DNA of 64,000 nucleotides from Paraspadella gotoi. Its lineage: Eukaryota > Animalia > Chaetognatha. Made by a program: the position numbers and the translations under genes. The stretch spans positions 3,290,030-3,354,029 of the forward strand of contig CM119266.1 in the NCBI GenBank assembly GCA_051294375.1, in the 5' to 3' direction. Position 1 is the stretch's first letter; the number at the start of each line of letters is the position of its first letter. Shown piece by piece: positions 40,401 to 51,614 of the stretch. Below the pieces are notes generated by a model, which was given only the letters and a program-made list of their open reading frames with translations, did no database searches and was not told where the DNA came from.

Positions 40401-43400
40401 TCTTCTTTTGCACAAAATTTATTATTGAATGTCATATGCTGATGAAGGCTTGAAATAAGCAAGCCGAAACATGTCCAACTACTAATAAAAAATCGTTGTT
40501 AAATTCAAAATTCTTTGCTCTCTCTAATACCTATGAACAACGAAAAAGAAAGGATTAACGCATCAAAAAAATAATTATACTTTCTTATATCAACTTTTTG
40601 CAAGGAATCCAAATCCGATCTTAAAATTAGAAAATTTGCATTTTGAAATTTTAACTTATTATATACTTATTACTATATATAAATATAGCTTACTGGTGCC
40701 CACTAATGTATAAAATTAAAAAATAAATTTACCAAAGTATTCTTATTAGTTTTTATTTTTATGTTTTATATGCTAAATTTTAATTTTATATTTTTTTTTT
40801 ATTTTCACATCACTCTATTACCCAGGTCTATTTTGGAGCAATTAAAATCATTTACTTCTTTTGTGTCAGGCGCTTTCCAAGGATCACATTGGTCGAAAGT
40901 TTCTGAAAGACAATTTTTAGTATTGTAAAAACTGCACTATTTAGCCTTACCAACAATTTTTTTTAAATTTCACGAAGGAAACTTCTACAAAAAATCTACT
41001 TATTGAGATTAGAAAGTCAGAGTTAAATCCAGATGATACAGGACCGTTTAAAAAATAATAATATTTAAATGTTAAAGATTCACTTTTTAAACGGGATTTT
41101 GAGCTCATTTTGAGCTCTGAATATTTCACTTACGATTGCAAAGCTTGCCGCCCATTCCACAAGAACAGTCGCAATTAAAAGATCCATTGGTGTTTCTGCA
41201 ATTGCCGTTGATGCATGGATCATTGAGGCATTCGTTGATGTCGACGCAGGTCAGGTTCACTTCAGACCAAACGGTGGGCGAAACATCCGTGTGGTTGTAT
41301 CGGCAAATGGTTTCGTTTCCCTCCGGTTTGTATCCATTTTTACAATTCACCGAGCATCGGTAGTTACAAAATCCGTCTAGAAATATAAATTTCGAATTCC
41401 GAATTAAATTAAAACTTGTTTGCTTTTATAAAATTCCGGTTAAACCAATCGAAATCCAAGCTAATTAATCAAATGTTAGTATGTTTTTTACGTTTGAAAT
41501 TATATCACGTGTAATACTAGAAAGGTCTTACGGTAAATTACCTCGTCATTGAACATTCACTAAATTGATTTAGTATTGCAAGTTATGAGCATTTAAAATT
41601 AAATAAGACGGAAGAAAGAACTGCCGAAAGAAAGAGTGATCGACCAATAAAAGAAAATCTTTCTTTGCTCACCGACTTCGTCCCAAGGACAATTGTAGTT
41701 CTTCACCCCAGAAACATCCGGAGTCCTCCAAGGGTTACAAGCGTCGAAAGTAACTGTGGAAATTAAATTTGCATGTGTTGTATAGCAATGTATAGTAATG
41801 TATACAGATGATATATGCTTTATAAAAAAAAGAATTTTAATTAAGTTCATTTATCAAAATAACATTTTTTTTCATTGAATATACCGCGGAAATGTTGCGA
41901 ACTTTCGCAAAGAGGTCTAAATGAAATATCTCTCAACCTAAAATTGGTCTGCTCTTCAATCCTTACATTGGCATCGATCTCCATGGTAACCACAAAGACA
42001 GGTGCAAATAAATGAACCAACGGTGTTCTTGCAGGTGCCGCCATTCTGGCAGATATCGCTATCGCACTCGTCGATATCTTGGCAAACCGGGAGCGTAGTT
42101 CGCGTCAGAGTCTTGGATAGAGGGAGGTGCGTACAATCGCGAGAGTTGATCTGTATGTCCGGTTTGTACCCGGTCGAGCACCAAGACGCCGCATAGCAAG
42201 TCTGTTCACACGGATCGCTGGGACCCTGATCTAACAGAGTGGAAGAGTTAATTCATAATATTTTTTACAATTTTTTTAATTTTTTTGTTGACTTTATCAG
42301 GATTCTTACTGGCTGGCGCAGTCCATGGATCGCAATATGGAGAAATCAAATGCGTTGCATTCGCGAAACAATCGTATTCAACTTAAATTTAAAATATTTT
42401 AAAAATAGAAGGGTAAATGAACTATGTTTACAAACAACATGTTTTTATACTTATCAAGTTAATAATACAAATGCACAATAATAACAATCATTGCAACAAA
42501 CAATACAGGAGAAATAAATATAAAAAAACAGTAAGGTTGTCGAAAAAATTGTTTCTAAGTATATATGTAAAGGAGAACTTCATTATTAGTATGAAAAAGA
42601 TTTTCATAGAACTTTGATTGTCTTTTATGGAAGATGGTAAATAAATCCAATGGATTTATAGTTCGAAAACTACGCCATCTATCCATCCAAAAATTGTTCT
42701 AACATTTAACTTGATCATGTCTTATTTAGCCAGATTTATTGAGAAAGACATGTTTCGGCGTTATTTTGTAATAAAAAATATATTAATTCCCAACTTTTTG
42801 TTTTAAATAAAAATAAAAATAAACATTATTCAAACGGTAAACTTATTACGTCATACCTTGGCAGTTCTCTCTCCCGAATCCGCAATTACAATAACAAGTT
42901 TCTCGATCTTGCACATCATAACAAGTCCCTTGGACACATTTGTAAGGTTTGGAATAGCATTTATTTATGTCGCCGCAAACTAGAAATATCAGTGCATAAC
43001 TTTTTAGAATATAAGTAAATTAGTATCAAGCTCATCTTTTACATTTGAATATGCTGTTTATTATAAAAACATAAGTTAAAAATAGTAACATGGTGGACGA
43101 AAATCCACCAACCGTTCATCAGCGGCCATTGGTGCAGGAAGCAAGTCATTCGCCTCCCAACCCAAAGGGCCGGGGTTCTCGCCCGGTGGTCGCCTAGCAG
43201 TTAGGAGGGACTGCTTATATTGAACGGTTCTGTCACTAACTCATAACAATTATTATTAACAATTCAGTAATTAGGATAAGAATCGATCGTAAAGTGGTAA
43301 TTATCAAGAAACTCGCCTTGGCATCGGCGTCCTACAAAACCGCACTTGCAAATGCAATGAAAGGTGTCGCCATCTTCGATGCAATGACCACCATTGAAGC

Positions 43401-45455
43401 AAGGTTGTGATCCATCTGCCTGAACCACGCATCTATCATTCGTGTCTTGAGTGCAATCTGAAGAAGAAAAAAATTAAATCCAAAAAGAATAAGAAGCCAA
43501 TAAAACAAGTTTGAGCAAACAATGTCGGATAAGCGGTAATAAGCTAATCCGATGATAAATCACGGTAATATTGTCTGACTTTCAATTTGTGATCTTAACA
43601 GATTATAACAAATAATAACAGACTTCTTAATAAATATATAAAAAAAATCTATCAATCATTACCAGTAGCTGCGCCAATACCACTTTGCATAATTTGGTCA
43701 ACTGGCAGAATGTGGTTAATCAACCAATCAATCAGAGAAAGATAGAGAGAAGGAAACTTTTAAAATTCAAATAAATGTGTCTTTTGGTTTTCTAATTGAA
43801 ACTCTTTTCCACTCCGACGATTCTATCAAAAAATTCTATTCAGCTTAATCACATACTTTCCTGCCCACACACAAAATTTCATTTCAATTTAATTATCCAA
43901 TTTTTAATCAATATAATAATTATGAGAAAATATAAATAAAAATACTTGAAGTAAATATAACTTTTGTTTTTTCCATTTTAACTCATTTCCACTCAATCAC
44001 ACACTTTCCTACCCACACACAAAATTTCATCCCAATCCATCAATCCAATCTCGAGTAATTGGAGTTTTTTGCTAAGGTGGGACGGACGGACGGACGGATT
44101 GATATAATTTTTTTTTCATAATTTATCATAATTTGATGTCCTGATTTGATAAAAATCATTTACCGACAAGATTTTAGTGTGGGACCGACGGACCGACAAA
44201 TTGAATTATAGAGTCGGAATCTGCGATAAGCAGATCCGAATAAAAAGAAAGAAATTAGTTACCATCGCAGTTGGTCTTGTTACTGTTGCAAGTGCATGAG
44301 CAAGAGTAGCCGGTGCCGTTGTTATTACAAATTCCACCGTAAAGGCAGGGCTGACTCAAGCAAGGTCCGTAACATCCTTAAAATATGAATAATGAATGTT
44401 TATTATTGTTTTCTTTTCGAAAAAAAAAATGACTTATTTAAGACGGCTAAAAGACGACACTCAATTCTAAAAATTTATATAACAAAGATTCATCTTTTAC
44501 TAAATTAACAATTAACAAGGAGGAAGACACCGACTTACTCTCGCAGTAATCGCCTGGGTTTCCCGGATGGTGGCAGCTGAAGCAAGTGCATTCGAAAGAT
44601 CCGTCCAGATTGTTGCAAGTCCCGGCTTTGAGGCAAGGTGAAAAGTCGCATTCATTGATATCGAGGCAATTGTAAATTTGGAGACCCGTCTATTGGGAGA
44701 AGTGGAGATGGGTGGAGGCCGAATGGGGAGGGAGGGGGAAGAGAAAGAGAGATATATATAAAGAAAATAGAACTTGAAAACAAAAGACACTGCCAGGTTT
44801 CCGCTTGTATCCCACCGAAGGCAGCGCAGGCGTCGTGCCCTCTACATGCGTCGTCGGCTTAATCTCGGCGTCGTATCCTTCGTCGCAGATGCAGGTGGCG
44901 TTGATGCATCTGGCGTGGGTGCCGCAAAAGTAGAGGGCGTTGCAGGGAGTGAAGTTGGTCGAGTTGGAAGGCGCTGAAGTGAACGCTTGAAAGAAGAAAA
45001 GAATAATAATGATAAGTATTGATGGAAACATGATTAAAAAAGTTTATATAATATAATATATATATAATATTATAAAGCCAGGAATTCTGAGAGTTAATTA
45101 TGTAACTGATTGTAGCTGTGTGTTTTGATTGCAAGCTTGGATCCTGCTATGTTATTATACTGGGATAGAGTCCTAAACGCACAATAACCTGACCGAATTT
45201 AGGTGAAAGATTGTCAGTTTTTTGAATGAAGGGATATTTTTTAAATTATGTCAATTTTATAGAGGAGTGACGAGAAACTTTTTAAAAACTAACAACTTCC
45301 GGTTTACAATATTCTATATAAAACAATAGCGTTCCAACTGTTTTTGTCTTTCCAGTCGTATCTTTTTTCGTACCAGGTCCAGTCGGAGTCGTTGCACAAA
45401 TCGTTGAAAATGTAGCAAACAGAATCAAAAGTACGATAGCGGAGAGAAATTTCAT
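22655..45455 (-). CDS. Multi-exon (about 22 exons, about 1,800 aa) membrane protein: signal peptide, about 10 EGF/cbEGF domains, 6 Cys-rich sushi-like modules, 2 Ig-like domains, TM helix, charged cytoplasmic linker, XK-related (Xkr) multipass domain
   Basis: gccATG at 45455 gives [21 protein letters not shown] (signal peptide). Phase-compatible exons: 45374-45455, 44816-44973, 44539-44689, 44263-44376, ~43317-43457, ~42858-42980, ~42310-42381, ~41969-42230, ~41672-41752, ~41134-41376, ~40822-40902, ~31720-31953, ~30995-31063, ~30659-30892, ~29852-29932, ~29177-29416, ~28578-28649, 27582-28301, 26386-26842, 25499-25692, 24446-24734, 22655-24008. cbEGF motifs DI(D/N)EC..PC..G.C.NT.GSF.C.C recur. 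XK motifs seen: [28 protein letters not shown] and [18 protein letters not shown]. Confidence 0.75.
25801..26088. mobile_element. MITE with ~30-bp TIR
   Basis: TAAGTAGTAATTGTATTTTCACTATGGAGAG is inverted against CTCTCCATAGTGAAAATACAATTAATACTTA. Confidence 0.6.
27112..27265 (-). mobile_element. Mini PLE-type insert with a degenerate hammerhead motif
   Basis: 14-bp TSD AAGGATTAAAATAT (27098-27111 and 27266-27279), 24-bp inverted repeat, minus-strand CGATGAAGACCC..GAGTCGAAACATGTC. Confidence 0.6.
29998..30635 (+). mobile_element. DINE-1/HINE-like non-autonomous Helentron element
   Basis: 5' GTCGGATCTGCTTATC, 3' sub-terminal inverted GCAGATCCGAC followed by hairpin GTTTGCTCAAAC, internal ~19-bp GATGCAAGTTGAAAAAA tandem repeats. 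Confidence 0.6.
32200..34217 (+). mobile_element. DINE-1/HINE-like element, longer copy with (CCGT)n microsatellite and internal tandem repeats
   Basis: Starts GTCGGATTTGCTTATCAGCAGATCCCGAC; (GTCC)n at 32341-32400; ~19-bp GTTGACCAAATTATGCCA-type repeats at ~32960-33280. Confidence 0.6.
36176..36200. other. Assembly gap (25 N)
   Basis: Run of N. Confidence 1.
39931..40564. mobile_element. Penelope-like-element-derived palindromic insert with two hammerhead ribozyme motifs
   Basis: About 105-bp perfect inverted arms (39931-~40037 and ~40417-40524), a 40-nt tail, and 13-bp TSD AAAAAAATAATTA (39918-39930 and 40565-40577). Confidence 0.8.
40434..40478 (+). ncRNA. Minimal type I hammerhead ribozyme motif (PLE type); identical copy on the minus strand at ~39977-40021
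   Basis: CTGATGA-A-GGCTTG-aaataag-CAAGCC-GAAA-CATG-TC: conserved core, 6-bp stem II, palindromic ACATGT stem III, GUC cleavage triplet. Stem I is weak. Confidence 0.75.
43089..43266 (+). mobile_element. Solo LTR of the same tRNA-containing TRIM family, with an internal deletion
   Basis: Clear similarity to 17144-17376, ends TTCA, flanked by 4-bp TSD GTAA (43085-43088 and 43267-43270). Confidence 0.8.
43503..44240 (-). mobile_element. DINE-1/HINE-like element, reverse-orientation copy
   Basis: AAACAAGTTTGAGCAAACAATGTCGG at the left end and GATAAGCAGATCCGA at the right end. The same 3' end recurs at ~19950 and ~37115. Confidence 0.6.
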
Positions 45456-48008
45456 GGCGAGGGTAATTTCTGAAATACGGAGTAAAACTTGTTCTTGACG
45501 TTACACTGTTGTTTCCTTGTAGAACTCATTACGAAATAATTTTTTTTTAAATACCATTCCCAGAGAAAATTAGTATTTCTGTAAAGGACCATTAATTTAG
45601 TTTCATTTTGTATACCTATAAGCACCCAATTATTGATTTTTAAAAATTATTATGCCCATAAAATTAAATCAAAACGCAATCTGAAGGATTTAGTCAAATA
45701 CGTTCACTTAAAAATCCAATCATTATTTTTTGCAGCCAAATCAAGTCGCTACAACAACAACAGAAAATATCACAAATAAAAAAAAACCTGTACGGTTTTA
45801 ATTTGGGAATCGTCGAGAATAGGAGGACAGGGAATCGCTTTGTCAACGATAGAGACGAAAACCGGTTGAGGCGCCCCTTTTAAAATTTAAGTCATCGTTC
45901 GTCACTGGAGAGATCGTTTCGAAAGTCATATATATAATATATATATATATATTAGTGCCGCGAAATCAAGAGGGATAAACTGCGTAGGTCTTTTTCTGCG
46001 TCAAAATGTTGAGAGCGCAATGCAATGGGGAGCGATTTGCTTAGAAGCGGTTCTACTTCTAATAATTAGACTAATTGCACTTCATGCTATGGCGACAGTA
46101 ACAACTTGTTCTCACGTTACGATTAAAAAAAAAAAGTTTAATCCACAGATAAATAAAAAAGATTGGAGAAAACAGGAAAGTGGATGAGAAGGGACCTCGA
46201 TATTTTAGGTTCCGGGATTTCGTATCTCGGTTGAACAATTAAAATCGGATAACGTTGATTCATAAGCTTGGAGCAAGCGTGCACTATAATAACATAAGTC
46301 TGGGGTAGCTAATTTTTTAAATGAATGGATATTTTTTATTTTGGTTGTACCATCGGTGTTTGGAACAAAAAATTACAAAATATATTTAGCCTTGTTTTGA
46401 CTGTTCGAAAGGGTGGAAGTTCTGGGCGAATTTTTTTTTTTCGCTCGAATATTAAACCGTCTATATTTTAACTGAATATTAAACCGAATATTAAAACGTC
46501 TATATTTTAACTGAATATTAAACCGAATATTAAACCGTCTATATTTTAACTGAATATTTCGCTTCTTTCACCGATTCAATCATTTGTTTTCTTTAGTCAT
46601 TTTCGTCAACTAGCGGGAGAAAAATGAAAGCTCAATAATCTTTCAAAGAATTAATAATTTCTAAATCTAAAAGACTTACAGGTGCAAGGCTTACTAAATT
46701 AGGATTCAAAAATCTATCATTCAAAAAGACACAAAAAATCGAGTTTCTTTTTAATCTCAGAAATGTGCATTTCTGACAAGCATCGTGTCATAAACAACAA
46801 ATCAAAAACAAAAGTTGTTCAGAAAAACGAAATGTAAATAAATAAATGCAGGAAGGAATATTAAAGTACTCTAAGAATGTCATTGCCTGCCATTGACTAG
46901 ACTCAGGAAACAAAACATGTAGCAGGGAACTTAAATTTACAATACATTTTAAAATTAAAATGTTTCGTCCTTTGTACCGATTAATTATATCCAAAACCAA
47001 ACGCGACCATGTTATTTTTTCTATTTGGAATTTAAAATTAAATCAATTCAAGGATGTTACCTATTACCTATTTTAGCTATAACCTATTTTACAGAATAGC
47101 AATAAAGAGAATTTGGCAAGGACCGATTCAGGAGATTCTTACTTCGTAACACAGATATTCTCAAAAATAAGTATTGAAATTGATTTTACTGTGAAAAATA
47201 CTGAGCCGTAAGCATAAAAAGATTTTGGAAAACGTTTCGAATTATTTAGCAATACCTTTTCCTACTTAAAGCACAATATCAATCATATTAAAATCAACTA
47301 AATATTCAAACAATTAAATTACGTATAAAAACAGCGGGCTGCCTCAATCTTCCGATTATTATCGTTTCATTTTTATGAAACAATAATGGCAAACGGTTAA
47401 AACCTGTCTTCATAGTTAATAAAACGATTCACGGTGCATGAAATGTACGAAAAAATAGTTCACACGTCAACATTTCTAATTATACATTCTCTTAACCTCG
47501 CAACATAGCGGTGGTGTTCGAATAAAGTTGGCCAGGTTGTTTTTATTACAGCCGCAGGAGTGAATTATTTATGAAATTAAAGAAAACCGAAAAAGGCTAA
47601 ATTTTACTTTCGCCGACCGAGGTTTTGGCGTAATCATTTTGAAAAATCATTTAAAAATATTAATTTTTTTAAATTTAAAAAATATTATCTAATTACCCTA
47701 ACCTTAAACCTTTTTAACCCTAATTACCCCTAACCCTAAACTATCCCTAAACCAGTCTTAGCCTTAACCCCTAACCCCGGTTGATGAAAGTAAAATTAAC
47801 CCGTAGGATGAGATATGAGAAATATGGGTGCGATTCGAGAGAGCGAGACGGCGATATGATGGATAAGAAAGAGTGCGAGAGACAGAGAGCGCGCGATATG
47901 ATGGATAAAAAAAAAAGTAAGAAAGAGACCGATAAAGACATAGCGATAAAGAAGAAGAGACAGAGCGAGAGAGAGAGATCTAGCGGGAGAGAGATACGTC
48001 GTCCTCGT

Positions 48009-49007
48009 TCAAATCGAAAGCTGTTCTTCCATCGCGAGCGCCATCTCATGACTCGTGCCAGATGTCGCCTCCAAACTCTCAAGCTGTAAGAAAAAAAAAA
48101 CTCAATGGAACAACATAGATTAAGTTTTTTCTCCAATCTTTGCCCTCACCTTGGCGGCCATCGAGGTGGAGGCCTTCTCCGCGAACTCTGCCCGCATCTG
48201 CCACGCGGTGAGTTCGTTCCGCAGGCGCAGGTTTCGACGACGCAACGACTGAATTTCTGTTTAAATTTGAATTATTTCATTAAGAAGATTAAGATTGATC
48301 ATTTTCTTTCCACTACGTATGTTCAAATCCTCGAAATCAGAGGTTTTAATACAATATTACTAGCGATTATTATTAGCGATTCGTTTTTAATTTTAATTTT
48401 AATTAAAAATGTCTCCACCTCAACCCCTTCCAGGAACCAGCACATCATTCGGTCTGCGCAAGATGGTCAATGTGCTAAAGCCTCAAAGTTGCTAGCCTCT
48501 CACGGCACGGCACCTCCTTCCAAACAAGTGCTCGACCAACTGCGGAATAAGGGGGAACAGGGTAAAAACCATTCATTTTAGTTCACCTAATTTCATTTGC
48601 TCCGCAGTCATGGAGTCCAAGTCGCCTTCAGTCTCCACCGGAACAGAATTGTGATTAGAATTTTCCTCCTGAATTTAATTGGTTAAAAAGGACATTCTTC
48701 ATATTAAGCACAACCTCTCCCTGTTTCTATCTTATTTTATCTTTCTTTTTTTTTCTCTCTCTCTCTCTCATCCCATTTCCTGACCCCTCACCATGATTTG
48801 ATGAAACTTGGCATCGACTTCCCTCATCTTCGTGTTCCAATTTCCGAGTCGGTTTGTCAACGAAGAGTCAACGTGGTGGACGTATCCCTGTCAAATATAC
48901 ACATATAATAAGTCAGGGGCAAGATAGCTTATTTATTAAATGAATGGATAATTTTTATATTGGTTGTACCAATTTCATACAGAGGAGAATTTAGCTTGCC
49001 GTTCCAT
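48009..49007 (-). CDS. Small (about 125 aa) coiled-coil protein of unknown family, 5 exons; start uncertain
   Basis: Phase-consistent exons 48981-49007, 48792-48887, 48587-48668, 48150-48256, 48009-48083 give MERQAKFSSGYVHHVDSSLTNRLGNWNTKMREVDAKFHQIMEE...MTAEQMKLEIQSLRRRNLRLRNELTAWQMRAEFAEK...EEQLSI*. Confidence 0.6.
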
Positions 49008-51614
49008 TCTCTTCTTCCTCTTCTTTCCTCCTCCTCCTCGATATATTTTGTCTAGCGATAAATTCTCTATTTTTTACTCTTCGCGAAATATATTATTTAT
49101 TTATATATATATATATATATATTTATTTAGTTAACCTGAATTTCGGTTGGTGACGGCGGGATGTTGAGCGGGAGCAGAGGAAGAGAGGGAGAAAGAGGCA
49201 ACATTTTTTTCTTTGGTATTTTCCCTTTTTTCCTTAGCGAGTTTTTTTAAATTTTCCTTTAGTTAGACTGTCCCCATTTTTTAATCATCCTTTTTTCCTC
49301 TTTCATCTAGTAATAATGTGAATAAAATTCGCAACATATTGAACAGAATTGTGAATAGTACATGATGTAAATAAAGATGAGATGAAGTTTATTGTTTATT
49401 AGCTTAATTAGTTATTGAGATAAGACTTGCTTAATATCAACTACGACCGTAACGGTATATGGTTCATCGTTTAGTTTGAAACTTTGAGACCTTAGCTTAC
49501 AGAAATGTCAAAAAATGCCAATGGAGCTATCAGTTTAACACTTATTATAGAAAAAAAAATGTAGCTGGTAAAAAACGATTTACCATATACCAATATTATT
49601 CACCGTACTAAAACAAAAACGTTGCGATATGTAACGTTGGTATAATTATATTTTAGTTTACAAAAGTTATTACTATTCATCTTTACTATACTATCATATG
49701 CCTTACGACCAAAAGTAACAACTAAAGCCTTTTTTAAACCGAATCAATCGGCGATCGCACATTTTGTTTGATACATATACATTAAAGCGAAGTAAAAATT
49801 CTAAGTTTAACTTTAATTAAAATTCTAAAAGTGAGGAACGAACAACATTATATTAATGAACATCTATGTATAAAAATATTTATAATAAATTTTTCAATTT
49901 ACGCAGTAGGCCATATTTATACTAATACTAATCCAATAAATGTTAAAATTTCAAAATAATCTTTTGTAAGATATTTTTGCAGATTTGGATTCGTCATGAA
50001 AAGTTGATATAAAGAAATATAACTCTTTTTTTAAAAATTCTTAAAAAAGCCTATTTTGAAATTTTTAGATTTTATAAGGATAGTGCTATATATAAATATA
50101 GCCTACTGCAAGAATTAAACAAAATTAATTTTTTTTATAAATTAATGTTCACTGATGGTATGTTGTTCATAATTGACATTTAGAATTTTCGTATGTAACT
50201 TTCACTACGCTCTAATATACATATATATCTTTGGGATATCAACAATTAATAATATTACTAATCTTATGACTAGAATAGTTTCGGCGCACAGAATTTATTG
50301 TACAAGATTGATTGAAAGTAGCAGAATAATGGCCGGGTAAAAAAAAAGATTTTTTTTCTTTTACGTTTCGACACGTATTAGATTTGATGGTGTAAACAAA
50401 TACGAAACGTAAACACAGTTGCTTTGTTTGTTTGTTTTAAACTCCACCCTCTCTGCAGTGATCGGTCAGGGGTTTATCGTTCCAGTTAATTTACACACGA
50501 AACGTCGAGAGAGAGCATGCATAATAAGAAAGAGAAATAGAACGCCGAGAGAGAGAGAGGTAATAAAAATATATATTTGTAAAATAACACAACCAGCGTC
50601 ACGAGTCGTAATATTATTACCAATATTAATACCGTTATTGTTATGAATTAACACAATGCCACATAATAACGGAAAACCCGAAAAGAGCGAGCGTCGCCTG
50701 ATGCTCTTTTGTCTTTTCCGTTGTAGAATCACGAAAAAAAACACACGAAGTTAAAAACACAGAAAAAGGAAGGAAAAAATAAACGGTAATCATAACAGTA
50801 AATACTTAATAGTTTCTTTTTTTTTAATGTTTGAGCACCAGCTAATCTCCCTTGGCTTCCGGGGAAGCTTAAAAAAAAACAAAAAAACTGTTGGATCATG
50901 ATTATAGCGAATACACGAAATCGTAGTAATAATATTTTTTTTCCCACTGATAAAATATTACATAGTGTAATCTTAATAAAAATACGTTATTTTAGCTTAA
51001 ATAGTGTAAAAATAGCGCATTGGCGTATATATTTACGTTAGTAATTGGTCAAATCGAGAAAGGTAGAGCGGGCAAGCTGCTTGTATTTGGTAAAAAAATT
51101 AAACTCGAAGAAGAAAATCGTTTGAAGATTTTCCGTTTTTTCCCTTTACAAAATAGAAAAAAAAAGAAGAAAATTCTCGCTGTCGAATTCACCTCCTAAA
51201 AACTCTTCCTTCCCTTTTCCGCCGATGAGCAACTGGAGAAAAAAGTTGCTGCAAAGGCGAGAGATTTTCCGCATCAATTATAATCAAACACATCCCCGAG
51301 TTAATTGTTTATTGTTGTTCGTTGATAATCAATTTTAAAACGCTAATCGAATCCTCTAGCGTTATATAAACAATAATTTTCACATTTATTCGACACCCAA
51401 AAGAAAATTGTCACAATTGAATTTAATTTCGAAGGTTCGTTTCAAATTTTTTTTTTTTAAATCACTGGCGACAAAATGGACGCGCTTGTCATTATCGTCT
51501 CGAGGAGAACTAAGGGTTTATTGAAAGGGAACCGCATTGATGTTCCGCGTAGAAGGAGGGAGGGATGTTATCCCCATTTGCTCCACCCCCTCTCTCCAGT
51601 TTTTTTTTCCCCTT

